From: Macrostomum lignano
Lineage: Eukaryota
Direction: 5' to 3'
Length of the DNA stretch: 64,000 bases
Assembly: GCA_002269645.1 (NCBI GenBank)
Contig: NIVC01001475.1
Span: 186,001 to 250,000, forward strand
Position numbers and translations under genes: made by a program. Positions 37,860-57,650 of the stretch are shown here, piece by piece (the stretch's first letter is position 1; every line of letters starts with the position of its first letter). The notes beneath the pieces were generated by a model. It was not told where the DNA came from and ran no database searches. It saw only the letters and a program-made list of their open reading frames with translations.

Positions 37860-38480
37860 GCTGCCCTCGCTTTTGCTGACTACATCGTCCTCTCCTGCCG
37901 AGACCCGGAAGCCGCTCAGCGCATCCTCACCCGCCTCTGTCATGAAGGCGAGCGAGTTGGCCTGAGAATCAGGCCCAAAAAACCGAGGTCCTGCACGTCG
38001 GCATCGTGAACGCCCCTGCTCTGATCCTCCCTAGCGGTGACATCATTACAGAGTGCCGGGACTTCCGCTACCTCGGCTCTCTTGTCGCTTCTCCAGATGA
38101 AATCATTGCAAACCGGCGTGGAGAAGTCTGGAGGGCAGCTGACCAGCTCAGTCCTGTTTTTGCCTCATCGATGGACGATCAGCTCAAACTATGCATCTTC
38201 CGAGGTGCGGTCAAGCCCATCTTCCTCTATGGCCTTGAGGCTGTGCCTATCACTGCAAGCCGGGAAGAAATCTTGAATGCGGCCTACAGAGCTCTGCTGC
38301 GCTTCTCGCTCAACATCCGCTACCCGTGCACCCTGTCGAACCGCGCCCTGATGGTGAAAACCGGCATCCCAACGCTAAGCGACATCCTAAGACAACGAAG
38401 ACAGAGACAAAGACAGCCAACCCGCTGGCAGCTGTTGTTACCAACCCACCTCAGGATCGGGATTTCGCCGAGGACCATTC
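37860..38480 (+). pseudogene. 5'-truncated RTE-like LINE reverse transcriptase fragment
   Basis: LAFADYIVL..., GLRI, FRYLGS and IFRGAVKPIFLYGLEA motifs, with frameshifts. Confidence 0.75.
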
Positions 38481-38645
38481 CGGCACCATGACCCTCATTG
38501 ACATTTTAATGACGATAATTAAATTGTGTGGAACGAAACAGCATATTTAGCCATAGACATATCTCTAGTGACGGCGGAATGAATTGGAATTCTCTATTGC
38601 GGATTAAATTGAGTGATTCTAGGACCAAATTGACCGGGAAATGCT

Positions 38646-39251
38646 ATATTAGGAGCAAGCAATTTAATAATCAGTGGGGAACCCAGTGCTAGAAGATAGA
38701 TTTCTCGGTACTCTATGGTCCAAACCATGGGCTTTGGAGCAACCAATTTAATAATCCGAGCACCCATTTAGTCATTTCCAGTGTTATTTGTATCGCATTG
38801 GCTGCAAATAGACGCACGCATTCAACATGGTAGAAGACGAGGAAGCCAGCGAGCTTTTGGAAGAAGACGGAGAGCTTTGTCACTGCTGATGAAGCGCTAA
38901 AAGAGCAAGATCATGCAGCACCGTGGCTCCACTGTTGACGCTAAAAAACATTTCGAAACACCATGGTCTTGAGTAGGCTTGAGTGAAGCCACAATAATCA
39001 AAAGCCTCGACAAGCAGTTATTAATCATTTTGAAGTACTTGGAAGAGATGCGGACATACCGGTGGTTCGAAACTCGCCAGAGAGAATATAGCGTGGAGGG
39101 AGGCAGGAACTCGCCCAGCGACTGTCTGGTTTAACCCCAGATTATTAAATTGGTTGCTCCAAAGCCCATGGATTGGACCATAGAGTACTGAGAAATCTAT
39201 CTTCTAGCACTGGGTTTCCCCACTGATTTTTAAATTGCTTGCTCATAATAT
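38646..39251. mobile_element. MITE with ~110-bp TIRs
   Basis: 38646-38757 is the reverse complement of ~39140-39251. Confidence 0.8.
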
Positions 39252-39745
39252 CAAATGGCTTGCAAAAAGCTATACTACAAGCCCTTGAGGAAACCCCCAT
39301 TCAGCGCGTGTCTATGGAAAAAACCCCTCACCCTACGGGGAGCTCCATATAGGCAAATTGTCTACTGCCAGCGGATTGGTTGATTTTGGAAAATGTTGGA
39401 TTATGGCGCGGTTAGTTATACCATAGAATAATAAAGATCAGTGAGGAGTGATGTCAAAAAATCAGTTGCAAAGCCCAAGGAAGCAATTTATACATAGAAG
39501 AGAGAAGCAGAAGAAAAACGAAAAGCAAAATTAATGCATTCAATCAACTTGAAGAAGCTAAATGATGGAGAACCTATAGCTTAGATGGATTCTCGTCAGC
39601 TGAGTTGGATTTTAGACTACGCCCCCAGCGCGGTGACTGCGACTGGAGATGAAATTTCAAGGTTGAAAACTATCGGATCAAGATGCGTTAGGCCATATAG
39701 ACAGTGAAAACTGACTGAGAGACAAGCAAATCTAACAATCTAAAG

Positions 39746-40509
39746 TAGCATTTTGCAGCCCATTTGGGCCTACGCGCATTGAATTTAACCCAAGATATGT
39801 TTGCCAATGTAACGGAGCTTTGTCTATGGTAGCAAGGCTGGCACTGCGGCATTTAATTTGTTCCAACAAGCATCAATTTGGTCCATAGCTTCATTTGCAA
39901 CTGCTGCGGAGAAGATCTGCCCCACAATTGTGGACCATACGAGTATGCTGGGCAGTCTGGGCAGTCGAACGAATGTGATCGAAGCGCTCGACAGAGGTGA
40001 ACACTCAAAGGACATTGCAAGGCTGCTGAATGTAAAAGAAAAGGTGGTTTACAGCATCCATCAGCGCGTTGAAACCACTGCAAGCAGAGATCGCCTGCGA
40101 AAGGGTAGCAATCACCAAGGCAAGTTGCTGGAGCCTCATGCAGGTCTAACTTCTACTCGACGGAGTTAAGACGAACCCTTTGTTGACGTTGCAGAAAATG
40201 CAGTAGAAGTTAAAGAAACAGTTCCAGCTTTCGACTGTCAGCAAAGCTCTGGAGAAGCAACTGGAAATTGTTGGTAGAGACGCTGAGCGGCACTCAAAAC
40301 AACCACAGACGGTTGCGAGAAGGCAAGAGTTTGTCGAATGGCTTACGAGCGTTTGGACCAATTTAAATCAGCCTTGCTACCATAGACAAAAGCTCCATTA
40401 GGCAACCGTGTTTTGGACATGGATGACGGAATAGATCCTTCCTATTCCTTCATCCATGGTTTTGGATAAAATTCAATACGTGTAAGCCCAAAAGGACTGC
40501 AAAAAGCTA
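39746..40509 (+). mobile_element. TIR element with a Tc1/mariner-like HTH remnant
   Basis: TAGCATTTTGCAGCCCATTTGGGC...GGAGCTTTGTCTATGGTAGCAAGGCTG is mirrored at 40350-40509; interior VIEALDRGEHSKDIARLLNVKEKVVYSIHQR. Confidence 0.65.
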
Positions 40510-40882
40510 TGTTTAATTTTTATCACTTTTAAGTCTAAACATTTTTACTCTAGTTCAGCATGAGCGTGAGTCATGAAATTGAGTATAGTTTCGTACTCAA
40601 AGCTCCAAAAGTAATTCTAGTAAATTTAGTTAACCGAACTTCCATAGCCGTCTTTGGCTGATGTGATAATATTTGCATGAATCATAACTCTTTCTTTGCC
40701 TACAGTATATCGCGCGTAAACATGATAAGATGGAAAACAGGAATCCGACCAAAACAGATGCTAATTTTACTCATCTGTCTTGGCTGCGAGTGTATAAATA
40801 TACAATGCCCAATGCACGACCAATACAAACGCTTCAAAAGTCACCAGCTGGAAGCCCCCACCGCCACTTTTCTGTTGCAACC

Positions 40883-41863
40883 ATGACTCGTCATCGAGAA
40901 ATTGAGCTGATTTTTGCCCTAGTCATCGGGTTGATCCTACATGCACCTGTTCGTAAGTTTCTATTTGTAGCGCTGTCGTATACTCACTGTACCTGCATTC
41001 TACTTTACAATGAAATTTGATCGATTTAACTTTAAAAATTACGTTTAAAAATTTTAGTATCTCAAGAGCCACCGACTGCCACCGCTACGATTGAGACAAG
41101 TAGCATTGACGCTGTAAAATCTTCAGTTGGTGACTCTGCCACCACTTCAGGAGTGGAACTGTCTGGTGGCAGCAGCACAGCTGGTACTGCCACCACTTCA
41201 GGAGTGGAACTGTCTGGTGGCAGCACAGCTGGTACTGCCACCACTTCAGGAGTGGAACTGTCTGGTGGCAGCACAGCTGGTACTGCCACCACTTCAGGAG
41301 TGGAACTGTCTGGTGGCAGCACAGCTGGTACTGCCACCACTTCAGGAGTGGAACTGTCTGGTGGCAGCACAGCTGGTACTGCCACCACTTCAGGAGTGGA
41401 ACTGTCTGGTGGCAGCAGCACAGCTGGTACTGCCACCACTTCAGGAGTGGAACTGTCTGGTGGCAGCAGCACAGCTGGTACTGCCACCACTTCAGGAGTG
41501 GAACTGTCTGGTGGCAGCACAGCTGGTACTGCCACCACTTCAGAAGTGGGCTCATCCAGTAGCACATTGTCTAAAGACAGCACGTCATCACCACCGTGTG
41601 CATCAACAACTCGAAAAGACTGCAACTGCCACAAGATGACACCTGGATCGCTGCGGTTGGAGAATCACAATCTCTGGTCAGCTGTTATCGGCTTGGCCAT
41701 AACCTGCTCTCTACTAGGTGTTGTACTGGTGGCAGCTATCATATTTATTATTCTCATGCGTCGAAGATTTGCCAATCAAATGCCGATTCGCCGGGGCAAG
41801 AACAAGTACGGATTTCGATTCGCAACTCCGGCGACTATGGACTTTTCGCATGGACAAGTTTAA
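40883..41863 (+). CDS. Type-I membrane mucin/proteoglycan-like protein; join(40883..40952,41058..41863)
   Basis: Signal peptide MTRHREIELIFALVIGLILHAPVLS; phase-1 GT-AG intron; 8 copies of ATTSGVELSGGS(S)TAGT; a short Cys cluster; TM helix (VIGLAITCSLLGVVLVAAIIFIILM) followed by RRR; short cytoplasmic tail. Confidence 0.8.
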
Positions 41864-44242
41864 CAAATTTTATTTTGTGCTGGTTGTTGCGGTCATTGTA
41901 AACCAAGTCAGTGTGCCTTATTGTTTGTTTATAATTTTTTACGCTTTGTTTTAACAAAAATTATTGACTAAAGCTTCAAAAAATTTAACAGCTATAGTTA
42001 GAACCGTATTTTGTAACACCGGGCCAGTTCTGAAGCTTATTAATCGGTAAAATAATTACGTCGAATGTTTTATAGCTCGTACGTTCATCGCTTTGAAACT
42101 GAAATCTTGGCAGATGTTGTATACATTATTGTACATTTGTATTTGCATCGTATTTAATGGTAGTTTCCTCTGGCTTACTACTCAAGGGCTACAAATGTAC
42201 TATATTTGTACACCAGCACTCTAGAGAAAGAAAGAAAGAACTAAATATAAGAAATTGTCTATGGGCAAAAACTCCTCATTTTGTAAATTGAAAAAAACAG
42301 TAACTGATAATATACTACTATTTTTAGGGGTACGACAATATGCCCCGAGTCCTGAGAAAACAAAAAAGCACTCCCCAAAAAAGATTCGTCATTGGACTGC
42401 AGTTTCGCGTGTTAGACCCTTTCTTTTAGTGGATGTGAATATATATATGAAAGAAAAACGACTAAAAATAGAAACAAAAATACCGCGAGCCGAAACACTG
42501 AAGTGTGAGTAAATAAAAAATATGTGAGTACGCCCCCTTGACCCCGCTGTCTTCTGACTTTGCCATAGACATTTACAGCGGGCCGTGAAGCCTACTGAAT
42601 GCATTGGAGTAAATGGGATTTTACCATAGACAGTCTCATCAGCGGGCCGTGAAGCGCGGTTTCTCGCCCGCTAACTATAACACTAATATGATCGTTCTAC
42701 TCGTATGTCGTTTCTGTTCTTGTTGTTTGATAAAAAATAAGAATGATAAATGAACTCGTCTATGACAATAATCGAATATTTAGCTCATCTCGTGATATTA
42801 ATACACAAGCTGAAAACGATTCAATCGCCATTCTTCAACCTCTCGGTGTAATTCCGACACATCAGATCAGTATAGCGAATAGGAGAGAGAGAGAGATACG
42901 GAGAGTACAGTGGCAGTTGAAAGCGCTGTTCTGCGCTGAAAGTCGAGGGAACTGAAGGTGAGTCCGGGCCCCATCAAAGATAACCACCGAATCAGCCTCC
43001 ACCAGAACGTCCAGCATTACTCTGGACGTTAAACTGTTCTCACAACAGGCTGATCTCGATGAGTCCATCCTTGAGTTCTCGCCGTCCAAATTTTCAATCC
43101 AAACTCTTTGAAGTTTAGAAGTAAGCTTATAAAGTCACCAATTACTGTCTCTAGTCTAGGGGACGAAATGCTTTGCAAACTGGACAACGAAACTGTCTAT
43201 GGCATTATCTATAAATTTAGCTCCCATAAAGAACAGTAGCGGTAGAAAAAGGTAGTTATATGTCACGAAAGCTGGCAGGGGACAAGTGTCCTATATTTAA
43301 CTACCGTTATTTACTTTTGAGTTTTTGCCATTTGTCCCGTTGTTATATTGTCATTACCAAATCATCAGTATTACATGTACTTATAAATGACAAAGTATCT
43401 ATTTACTGAGGGAAGAAAGAATCAAATAAACATATTGCTTTCTTGTCGCATCTTCGTAACCTGTACGAGTGTATATTGAGCATCGTTTTATTGTCGGATT
43501 TGATTAATTCTATTAGAAAGCAAAAACGGCATTCGATGTTCGATCTACGCAGACTATTCTACAGACTATTAAATACTTCATAAAAACGAGATGTAAGCAT
43601 AAAGATTATCTCTTCTTATCAAAAATAAAAGATCAACATAAAATTATCAAATTAATTTCTCTCAGAGGTCAAATTTGGTTAGTTCAATGCGAAGTTGAAA
43701 ATGTGTTTTTTTTCAGTGAAAACATATTCAGTTTTAAGTAAAATGAGTATTCTAATACTTTTAGTCGGATCACAGCAAGACGAAAAATTTATATAGCAAA
43801 AAGTTATCATTGATACATTGATATAATAACACGAATAATACATACAGCTACATCATTATATTGTTAGTTATGTGAATGTTATAACAGGTCGCAACAAAGG
43901 ACAGTAATGTTAAAGATAAATGTCTTTAATTGGCAGTTTCATATTGTGTAGCTCATCAAATAATCACGAATAAACAAAATAGCTTTGTTTTTTTACTGGA
44001 TTTGGTTTGTTTAGTTTTTAGTAGTTTAACGCCAACTTGCTACTAAAAGTACTGCCTGCCCTCTGCCGAGTTGACAGGCGATGACTGGCCCTGCAAAATC
44101 AAGGGAGGAAAAGGTTCATGTTTGAAATTCAAGCCTTTCTTCTTTTCGTTTCTCTATTCAAATACTGTAATATTTGTCGTGCAGCACATATTTGTTTATC
44201 TCTAGTCATTGTTAATACTGCAGTAGCCACACAATGCCATTA

Positions 44243-50463
<6,221 letters not shown>

Positions 50464-51429
50464 TGTTAGCACAAAATAACAGTGAATTCTTGTGATCTTA
50501 ACTAATTGTAGCGATATAAAATGTTGATTTAAAAAATCTCAAATCAAGTTTTGTCCTCCCTTAACGGGCTTATATAAATGATTTTGTTTCCACAAATAGA
50601 AACAACTCAACTGCGCCGTGGCCCAAACAGCTCGCCCACTAAAGTGGCCCATCGGTGTTTTGAGGTGTAGTGGCCATCTTTTGTCTCTCATTCATTGTTC
50701 ATCGTTCATTCATTCGAGCGAGTAAGCAATTGGATAGGGCCGCAGGGCCCTCAGCTGCCGACACACCAAAAATGGTAGCCTAGCTTAGCCAGATCAGTTT
50801 TCCTACATCATGCCCTCACCTACTCGTAGAAAACAATATATGAATCGGGGAGTTGGGGTTGGGCGACCGTTGACGTAAACTGGCCCTGTTTTTCTTCATC
50901 TGAAGCTCTTCTCTCTTTAACAGAATTCAAAGTGGGTTGTTGATTGTGTGTTATTAGTCCACCGCCCCCCACCCTGTTTACCTGCCAGAATTAACTGGGT
51001 GGGTCACTGTAGTCTCTCCAGTTTTTTCAAAGAGGTGAAGAAGCAGTTGAACCCACCCTTCCACCCAATTGTGCTTTTGATCTTGGCCTATAAATTCTCA
51101 AATAGTAGCTAGATAGATAACTGCATGTTCTTAGCCATGGAGAGCTTAAATGAGCCTTCTGGAAAGGAAATATTCTCTTTTTCTAAAAACAAATTTTAGT
51201 ATTAATTTGGCATGAAAATTTTCATCAGACCTGTATATTGTATAATCATGAGCTTATAGAGACACATCTACACATTCCTATCGATTACAAAGTCATGATT
51301 AATGACTTTACAACGGCCATTTTCTAGGGCCGTTGTTCACCCTGTGTGGGCGTGTGTATGGGTGCTCAGGATTCATCGGAATGAGCGACTGATTGCTTCC
51401 CTGTTGGCTGCAACTTTTTTTAACCTTGA

Positions 51430-51830
51430 TTTAAGAATCTGCATTTTCTAGGAATCTTCATTTTCTAGGAATCTCAATTTTCTAGGAATCTGAGTTTTTA
51501 GGCAGCTGAATTTTCTAGGAATCAGCATTTTCTAGGAATCTCAATTTTCTAGGAATCTGAGTTTTTATGCAGCTGCATTTTCTAGGAATCAGCATTTTCT
51601 AGGAATCTCAATTTTCTAGGAATCTGAGTTTTTAGGCAGCTGCATTTTCTAGGAATCTGCATTTTCTAGGAATCTCAATTTTCTAAGAAACTGAGTTTTT
51701 TAGGCAGCTGCATTTTCTAGGAATCTGCATTTTTTAGGAATCTGTATTTTCTAGGAATTTGCACTTTCTAGGAATTAGAATTTTCTAGAAACATTTACTT
51801 TCTATAGGAAGCTGCATTTTCTATCAATCT
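51430..51830. repeat. ~18-19 bp minisatellite (TTTTCTAGGAATCT core)
   Basis: Repeated core with a higher-order pattern. Confidence 0.9.
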
Positions 51831-52417
51831 GAATCATTTGTAACTAGCAAATGCCAAATTCACCAAGCCGCACAGTTTCCAATCCGGATAGCTAATTAAT
51901 TTTAGAACTCCATGACTGAAGACTTGTCGTCGAGACTCTTCGCCCGAGAATTCAAGGGCCGCACTAACTGCGGCAGCACACACCCAGCAGAGGCACGTGC
52001 GCACAATGGGGGTCTTGACCTGTCTAAGAGCTACGAAAATAATACAGATTATCCCTTTCCTATGAGAATCTTTTACAGAAAAAGAAAAACGATGGCTAAA
52101 CTTGCCAAAACAAGCGTTTTCTGCCTAACTTCAATTCTTCTCATTTTTTCATAGCTAGCCAAAGTTTCTCATTAGCGATAGTCAAAGTTTTTCATCGTTG
52201 TACGAGCTATTTCGGCTATTTAACTGCCAACTGCGCACTAAGAATTGTACTTGTAGGCGCGCTAGCTCCAGATTTCAGAAAAGATAAGCACTCCCTTCGT
52301 GTGTCAATCCGATATGAAGCCACGCAGTAAAATTGCATCATTACCTCTGCTCATTAAAGTTGTTGAAAAAAACGCCAAAAATGATTTTGACGCAAAAATT
52401 AAGACTTGGACAGCTCA

Positions 52418-52930
52418 CCCGAAATAGAACTTAGCTCATGTACGCCGAAATAGAACTTAGCTCATGTACACCGAAATAGAACTTAGCTCATGTACACCGA
52501 AATAGAACTTAGCTCATGTACACCGAAATAGAACTTAGCTCATGTACACCGAAATAGAACTTAGCTCATGTACACCGAAATAGAACTTAGCTCATGTACG
52601 CCGAAATAGAACTTAGCTCATGTACGCCGAAATAGATGCTTGGAGAGCTCATGGACGCCAAAATAGGTACTTTGACAGCTCATAGACGCCGAAATAGGAC
52701 TGAGCTCATGGACGCCGAAATAGATACTTGGAGAGCTCATAGAGATAGATACTTGGACAGTTCCTGGACGCCAAAATAGAACTTGAATCATGGAAGCCGA
52801 AATAGATATCTGAGCAACTCATGGACGCCGAAGTGACTACTTGGACAACTCATGGATACCAAAATAGAACTTAGATCATGGACGTCAAAGAAGATATATA
52901 GGCAGTTCAAGGACGCCGAAACACGGAGTT
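52418..52930. repeat. 26-bp minisatellite (CCGAAATAGAACTTAGCTCATGTACA)
   Basis: ~8 near-perfect copies, then degenerate copies. Confidence 0.9.
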
Positions 52931-53214
52931 TTTAAGTGTAGTTCTTAAGTACTTCTGTAGTGTATGCGCCAAAATAAAGTTTCTACAGCTCATAGACGCA
53001 AAAGTACATTAAAAACAAAGTAAAATCATGGTTTCACTGAGTTATAGCGCTTTACAAAACTGTTTAGCCTTACAATTATATCTACTAGCACAGTAAGTAG
53101 TATGGCAAGAGCTGCTTTGTTGAGCAGACAGACAATTATTATTTTTTTTTTCACGATTAAGCGACTAAACTCACGACTGATATTTCATCTTATGTACGTG
53201 TAATTCATCAAAAC

Positions 53215-53655
53215 TGTTCACTGAGCTGTTCACGGTACTGCAACTCATCAGAACAGCTGTTCACGGTACTGTAACTCATCAGAACAGCCGTTCACGGTAC
53301 TGTAACTCATCAGAACAGCCGTTCACGGTACTGTAACTCATCAGAACAGCCGTTCACGGTACTGTAACTCATCAGAACAGCCGTTCACGGTACTGTAACT
53401 CATCAGAACAGCCGTTCACGGTACTGTAACTCATCAGAACAGCCGTTCACGGTACTGTAACTCATCAGAACAGCCGTTTACGGTACTGTAACTCATCAGA
53501 ACAGCCGTTCACGGTACTGTAACTCATCAGAACAGCCGTTCACGGTACTGTAACTCATCAGAACAGCCGTTTACGGTACTGTAACTCATCAGAACAGCCG
53601 TTCACGGTACTGTAACTCATCAGAACAGCCGTTCACGGAACTGTAACTCACCAGC
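53215..53655. repeat. 31-bp minisatellite (CGTTCACGGTACTGTAACTCATCAGAACAGC)
   Basis: ~13 head-to-tail copies. Confidence 0.95.
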
Positions 53656-54214
53656 ACTGCTCATGATGGTGTAACTAGTTGCAGAAAATTACATTCCTGA
53701 ACTATAATAACCTAAAGCAAGTTGCACTTTTTAACTGCACGGAATTACAAGGAACCTACAAATCATTTCGATTAATAGTGAAACACAGTGAGCCCGTTGC
53801 CCAGCTCCAGCCCAAAAAAATCGATGAGGATGCTCTCGAGCAGCACTTAGTAACTTTGAGCAACTGTGTGCGACTCGGGAAGATGAATAATTGCTTTTTG
53901 TGGGAGGAGAATATTGTGGGGCTTGGGACTCGCGACTCTCGTCATTAGGACTGAGGATCGTGAGCTGGGGAATTATTCCATAGTTAATTAACAAACGTAG
54001 CTCGCCGTAACTACTAAAACCCAAAGGGGATTGCGCTCGTGTGTCGCTCGTATATTCCCACTGAGATGACGGTATTGACTTTATTGAGCTTGGCTGTTGC
54101 AGAGACAGCTGCCGCACTTCCTTGGTTTTTTAAAATAGATTAATTGTCTGATCCTATTAATTTTTGATAGTCAATTTTCGTTCATTCCGTGTTAATATTT
54201 ATCTTTCCCGTCGA

Positions 54215-54490
54215 ATCCTCTGATCCCATAATCACTTATTGGGGATCAAATCCTCTGATCCCATAATCAGTTATTGTGGATCAAATCCTCTGATCCCATA
54301 TTCCCTTATTGTGGATCAAATCCTCTGATTCCATAATCCCTTATTGGGGATCAAATCCTCTGATTCCATAATCCCTTATTGGGGATCAAATCCTCTGATC
54401 CCATAATCCCTTATTGGGGATCAAATCCTCTGATCCCATAATCCCTTATTGGGGATCGAATCCTCTGATCCCATGTTCCCTTATTCGGCA
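54215..54490. repeat. 36-bp minisatellite (GATCAAATCCTCTGATCCCATAATCCCTTATTGGGG)
   Basis: ~7 copies. Confidence 0.92.
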
Positions 54491-55064
54491 ATAAATGCTC
54501 TTATCCCGTATTCCGTATTTCGATTAAAATCCCCTATCCCAGATCCCATATTTCGGGAAGATTCCCAGCTTTCAACATTCATCCAAAAATTAATCTTGAT
54601 TCCGGACACAGATTTCGAAATTTTTGTTGAAATCTTTGCTACTCTACATGTACCCGTATGTAATTGAGTCTAGAATCTAGAAATCTAGAATCTCGCGTCA
54701 AATATTTGAGCTCAAAGTCAGAAATATGAGCTTACTGCGAGCACTGCAAACAAGATTTCATCTCAATTTTTCTCAGTCGAAAATATTCTTAACCCGCTCC
54801 CTTTGCGTAGCGACGCTCGCTTCTAAAATCCATCTCAAGTAGTGTCAAGTAACCCGTACGTGCTCCCTAATCAGCCTCACTTGTGCCCGAGAACTCTCTG
54901 CTAAACACCAATCATTTCTCAACATTTTCCCCCTTAGATGGGCCGGGCTTCACAATCAGGATGGTTACTGGCGACAACTGCTTTTTTCCTGGAAATGTCG
55001 CAACTTTCAACTTTTTTCTCTTAGTAGGAATCGAGAGAATAAGTTTATTAGCATAGCGTGGTCT

Positions 55065-55492
55065 CTGGTGCTGGCGCCCCTGGTGCTGGCGCCCCTGGTG
55101 CTGGCGCCCCTGGTGCTGGCGCCCCTGGTGCTGGCGCCCCTGGTGCTGGCGCCCCTGGTGCTGGCGCCCCTGGTGCTGGCGCCCCTGGTGCTGGCGCCCC
55201 TGGTGCTGGCGCCCCTGGTGCTGGCGCCCCTGGTGCTGGCGCCCCTGGTGCTGGCGCCCCTGGTGCTGGCGCCCCTGGTGCTGGCGCCCCTGGTGCTGGC
55301 GCCCCTGGTGCTGGCGCCCCTGGTGCTGGCGCCCCTGGTGCTGGCGCCCCTGGTGCTGGCGCCCCTGGTGCTGGCGCCCCTGGTGCTGGCGCCCCTGGTG
55401 CTGGCGCCCCTGGTGCTGGCGCCCCTGGTGCTGGCGCCCCTGGTGCTGGCGCCCCTGGTTCTGCGCCCCTGGTTCTGGCGCCCCTGGTGCTC
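55065..55492. repeat. 15-bp GC-rich minisatellite (TGGTGCTGGCGCCCC)
   Basis: ~28 copies, almost all perfect. Confidence 0.97.
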
Positions 55493-55494
55493 TA

Positions 55495-55760
55495 CAGAAT
55501 GAAGAACATAAACTTTAGAATGAAGAACACAAACTGTAGAATGAAGGACACAAACGGTAGGATGAAGGACACAAGCGGTAGAATGAAGACACAAAATTTA
55601 GAATGAAGGACACAAACTGTAGAATGAAGGACACAAACTGTAGAATGAAGGACACAAACTGTAGAATGAAGGACACAAACGGTAGAATGAAGACACAAAA
55701 TTCAGAATAAAGGACACAAAATTTTGAATAAAGGACACAAACTGTAGAATGAAGGACACC
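55495..55760. repeat. 21-bp minisatellite (TAGAATGAAGGACACAAACTG)
   Basis: ~12 variant copies. Confidence 0.9.
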
Positions 55761-56147
55761 AATTCCTCTTCAAAAGTGTTTTTCAGAAACATCCCAGTAA
55801 AGTGCGTTGGGTTGAGAAGCTCGAACTATGGGCTTCATCAGATAGGTTTGTGACGCCAGCTAATGCGTTTCTCTTTGCCACCCCATTAGTTCTAATGAGA
55901 GGCGTGTAGAAAAATATCGATGCAGTCGGTTGTGTCCCAGTCTCACAGCTTCATCTTTTTCACACTTTCATCCCGTTGACAGGCCCCCGCAAGATGTAGC
56001 TTAGAACAGGCACGGGTACAAAGTCCCTAGACTGCAAAGTGCTTTTAAACCTCTGTTGTAACATTTTTTTAATTCAGAAATGTTGCAATATGTCCTGAAA
56101 ATTGTCTGGAACCTGCTAAAGAACAGATTGAATACAAATTGAAAGCA

Positions 56148-56524
<377 letters not shown>

Positions 56525-57028
56525 GCTACAGCTGTAAAGAGAATAACCAACCGACCCGGTGTTCACTAAAAATCGAACATTTTACTCTTTGCACTTGTTT
56601 TCAAAGGCGTAGAAGTATTGTTGGCTACACCGAAATTCGATTAGTCAAATGCAGGGAACTAACGAGAAAACTGCAGCACAAAGTCCAGTAAAAGTGCATG
56701 CTATACGAGGCGCGCGCTGGGCGGAAGACAATCAGGCAGCGCTCGCTCCCAAAAAAAACTGTGCAAAACCCGTTTGCGAAGTTTTTGCTGATTCTATTAG
56801 CACCCGTCAGCTCTATTTTCGCAGCTTGTCACGGGCTAAGCAAGGGGAGCTCAGACTCATTAAATCAGCGAGTTCTGTACCTATCTATCCCCTTCTTCTC
56901 ACCCATTCTTCATCGCGAAGCCCCACCCTCCCTGCAGCCTCCGCAATCTCTGCGTCGTCCACCCCCGCGGCGGTGCCTTATTCTCCAGAGGGTCTAATTA
57001 ATGTGATTTGCATTCCGATGGGGTGGGG

Positions 57029-57411
<383 letters not shown>

Positions 57412-57650
57412 CGATGTTTAGCGAAAAAAATTACTTCACAAATAGTTGAAAATTTTGTGTTCTTGAAAAAATTATAACCTTAAAATTCAAACTTTTTGCG
57501 CAGTTTATTTTGTTGGTCTTGCATTTGGAAAAACAATGTTTGCAAAATATGTGCTTAGAAAAATACTTTGTGCAGATTGGTGCGTATTAAAAATGCTGCT
57601 ACAGTTCCATGGAAAACATTCGCAAGATCCGTTTGTGTCCCAACCATAAC

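Noticed and set aside
55007-55606. (GAGAP)n collagen/elastin-like or (RGAST)n protein
   Set aside because: A perfect 15-bp minisatellite with no synonymous variation, no ATG or signal peptide, and no Gly-X-Y periodicity.
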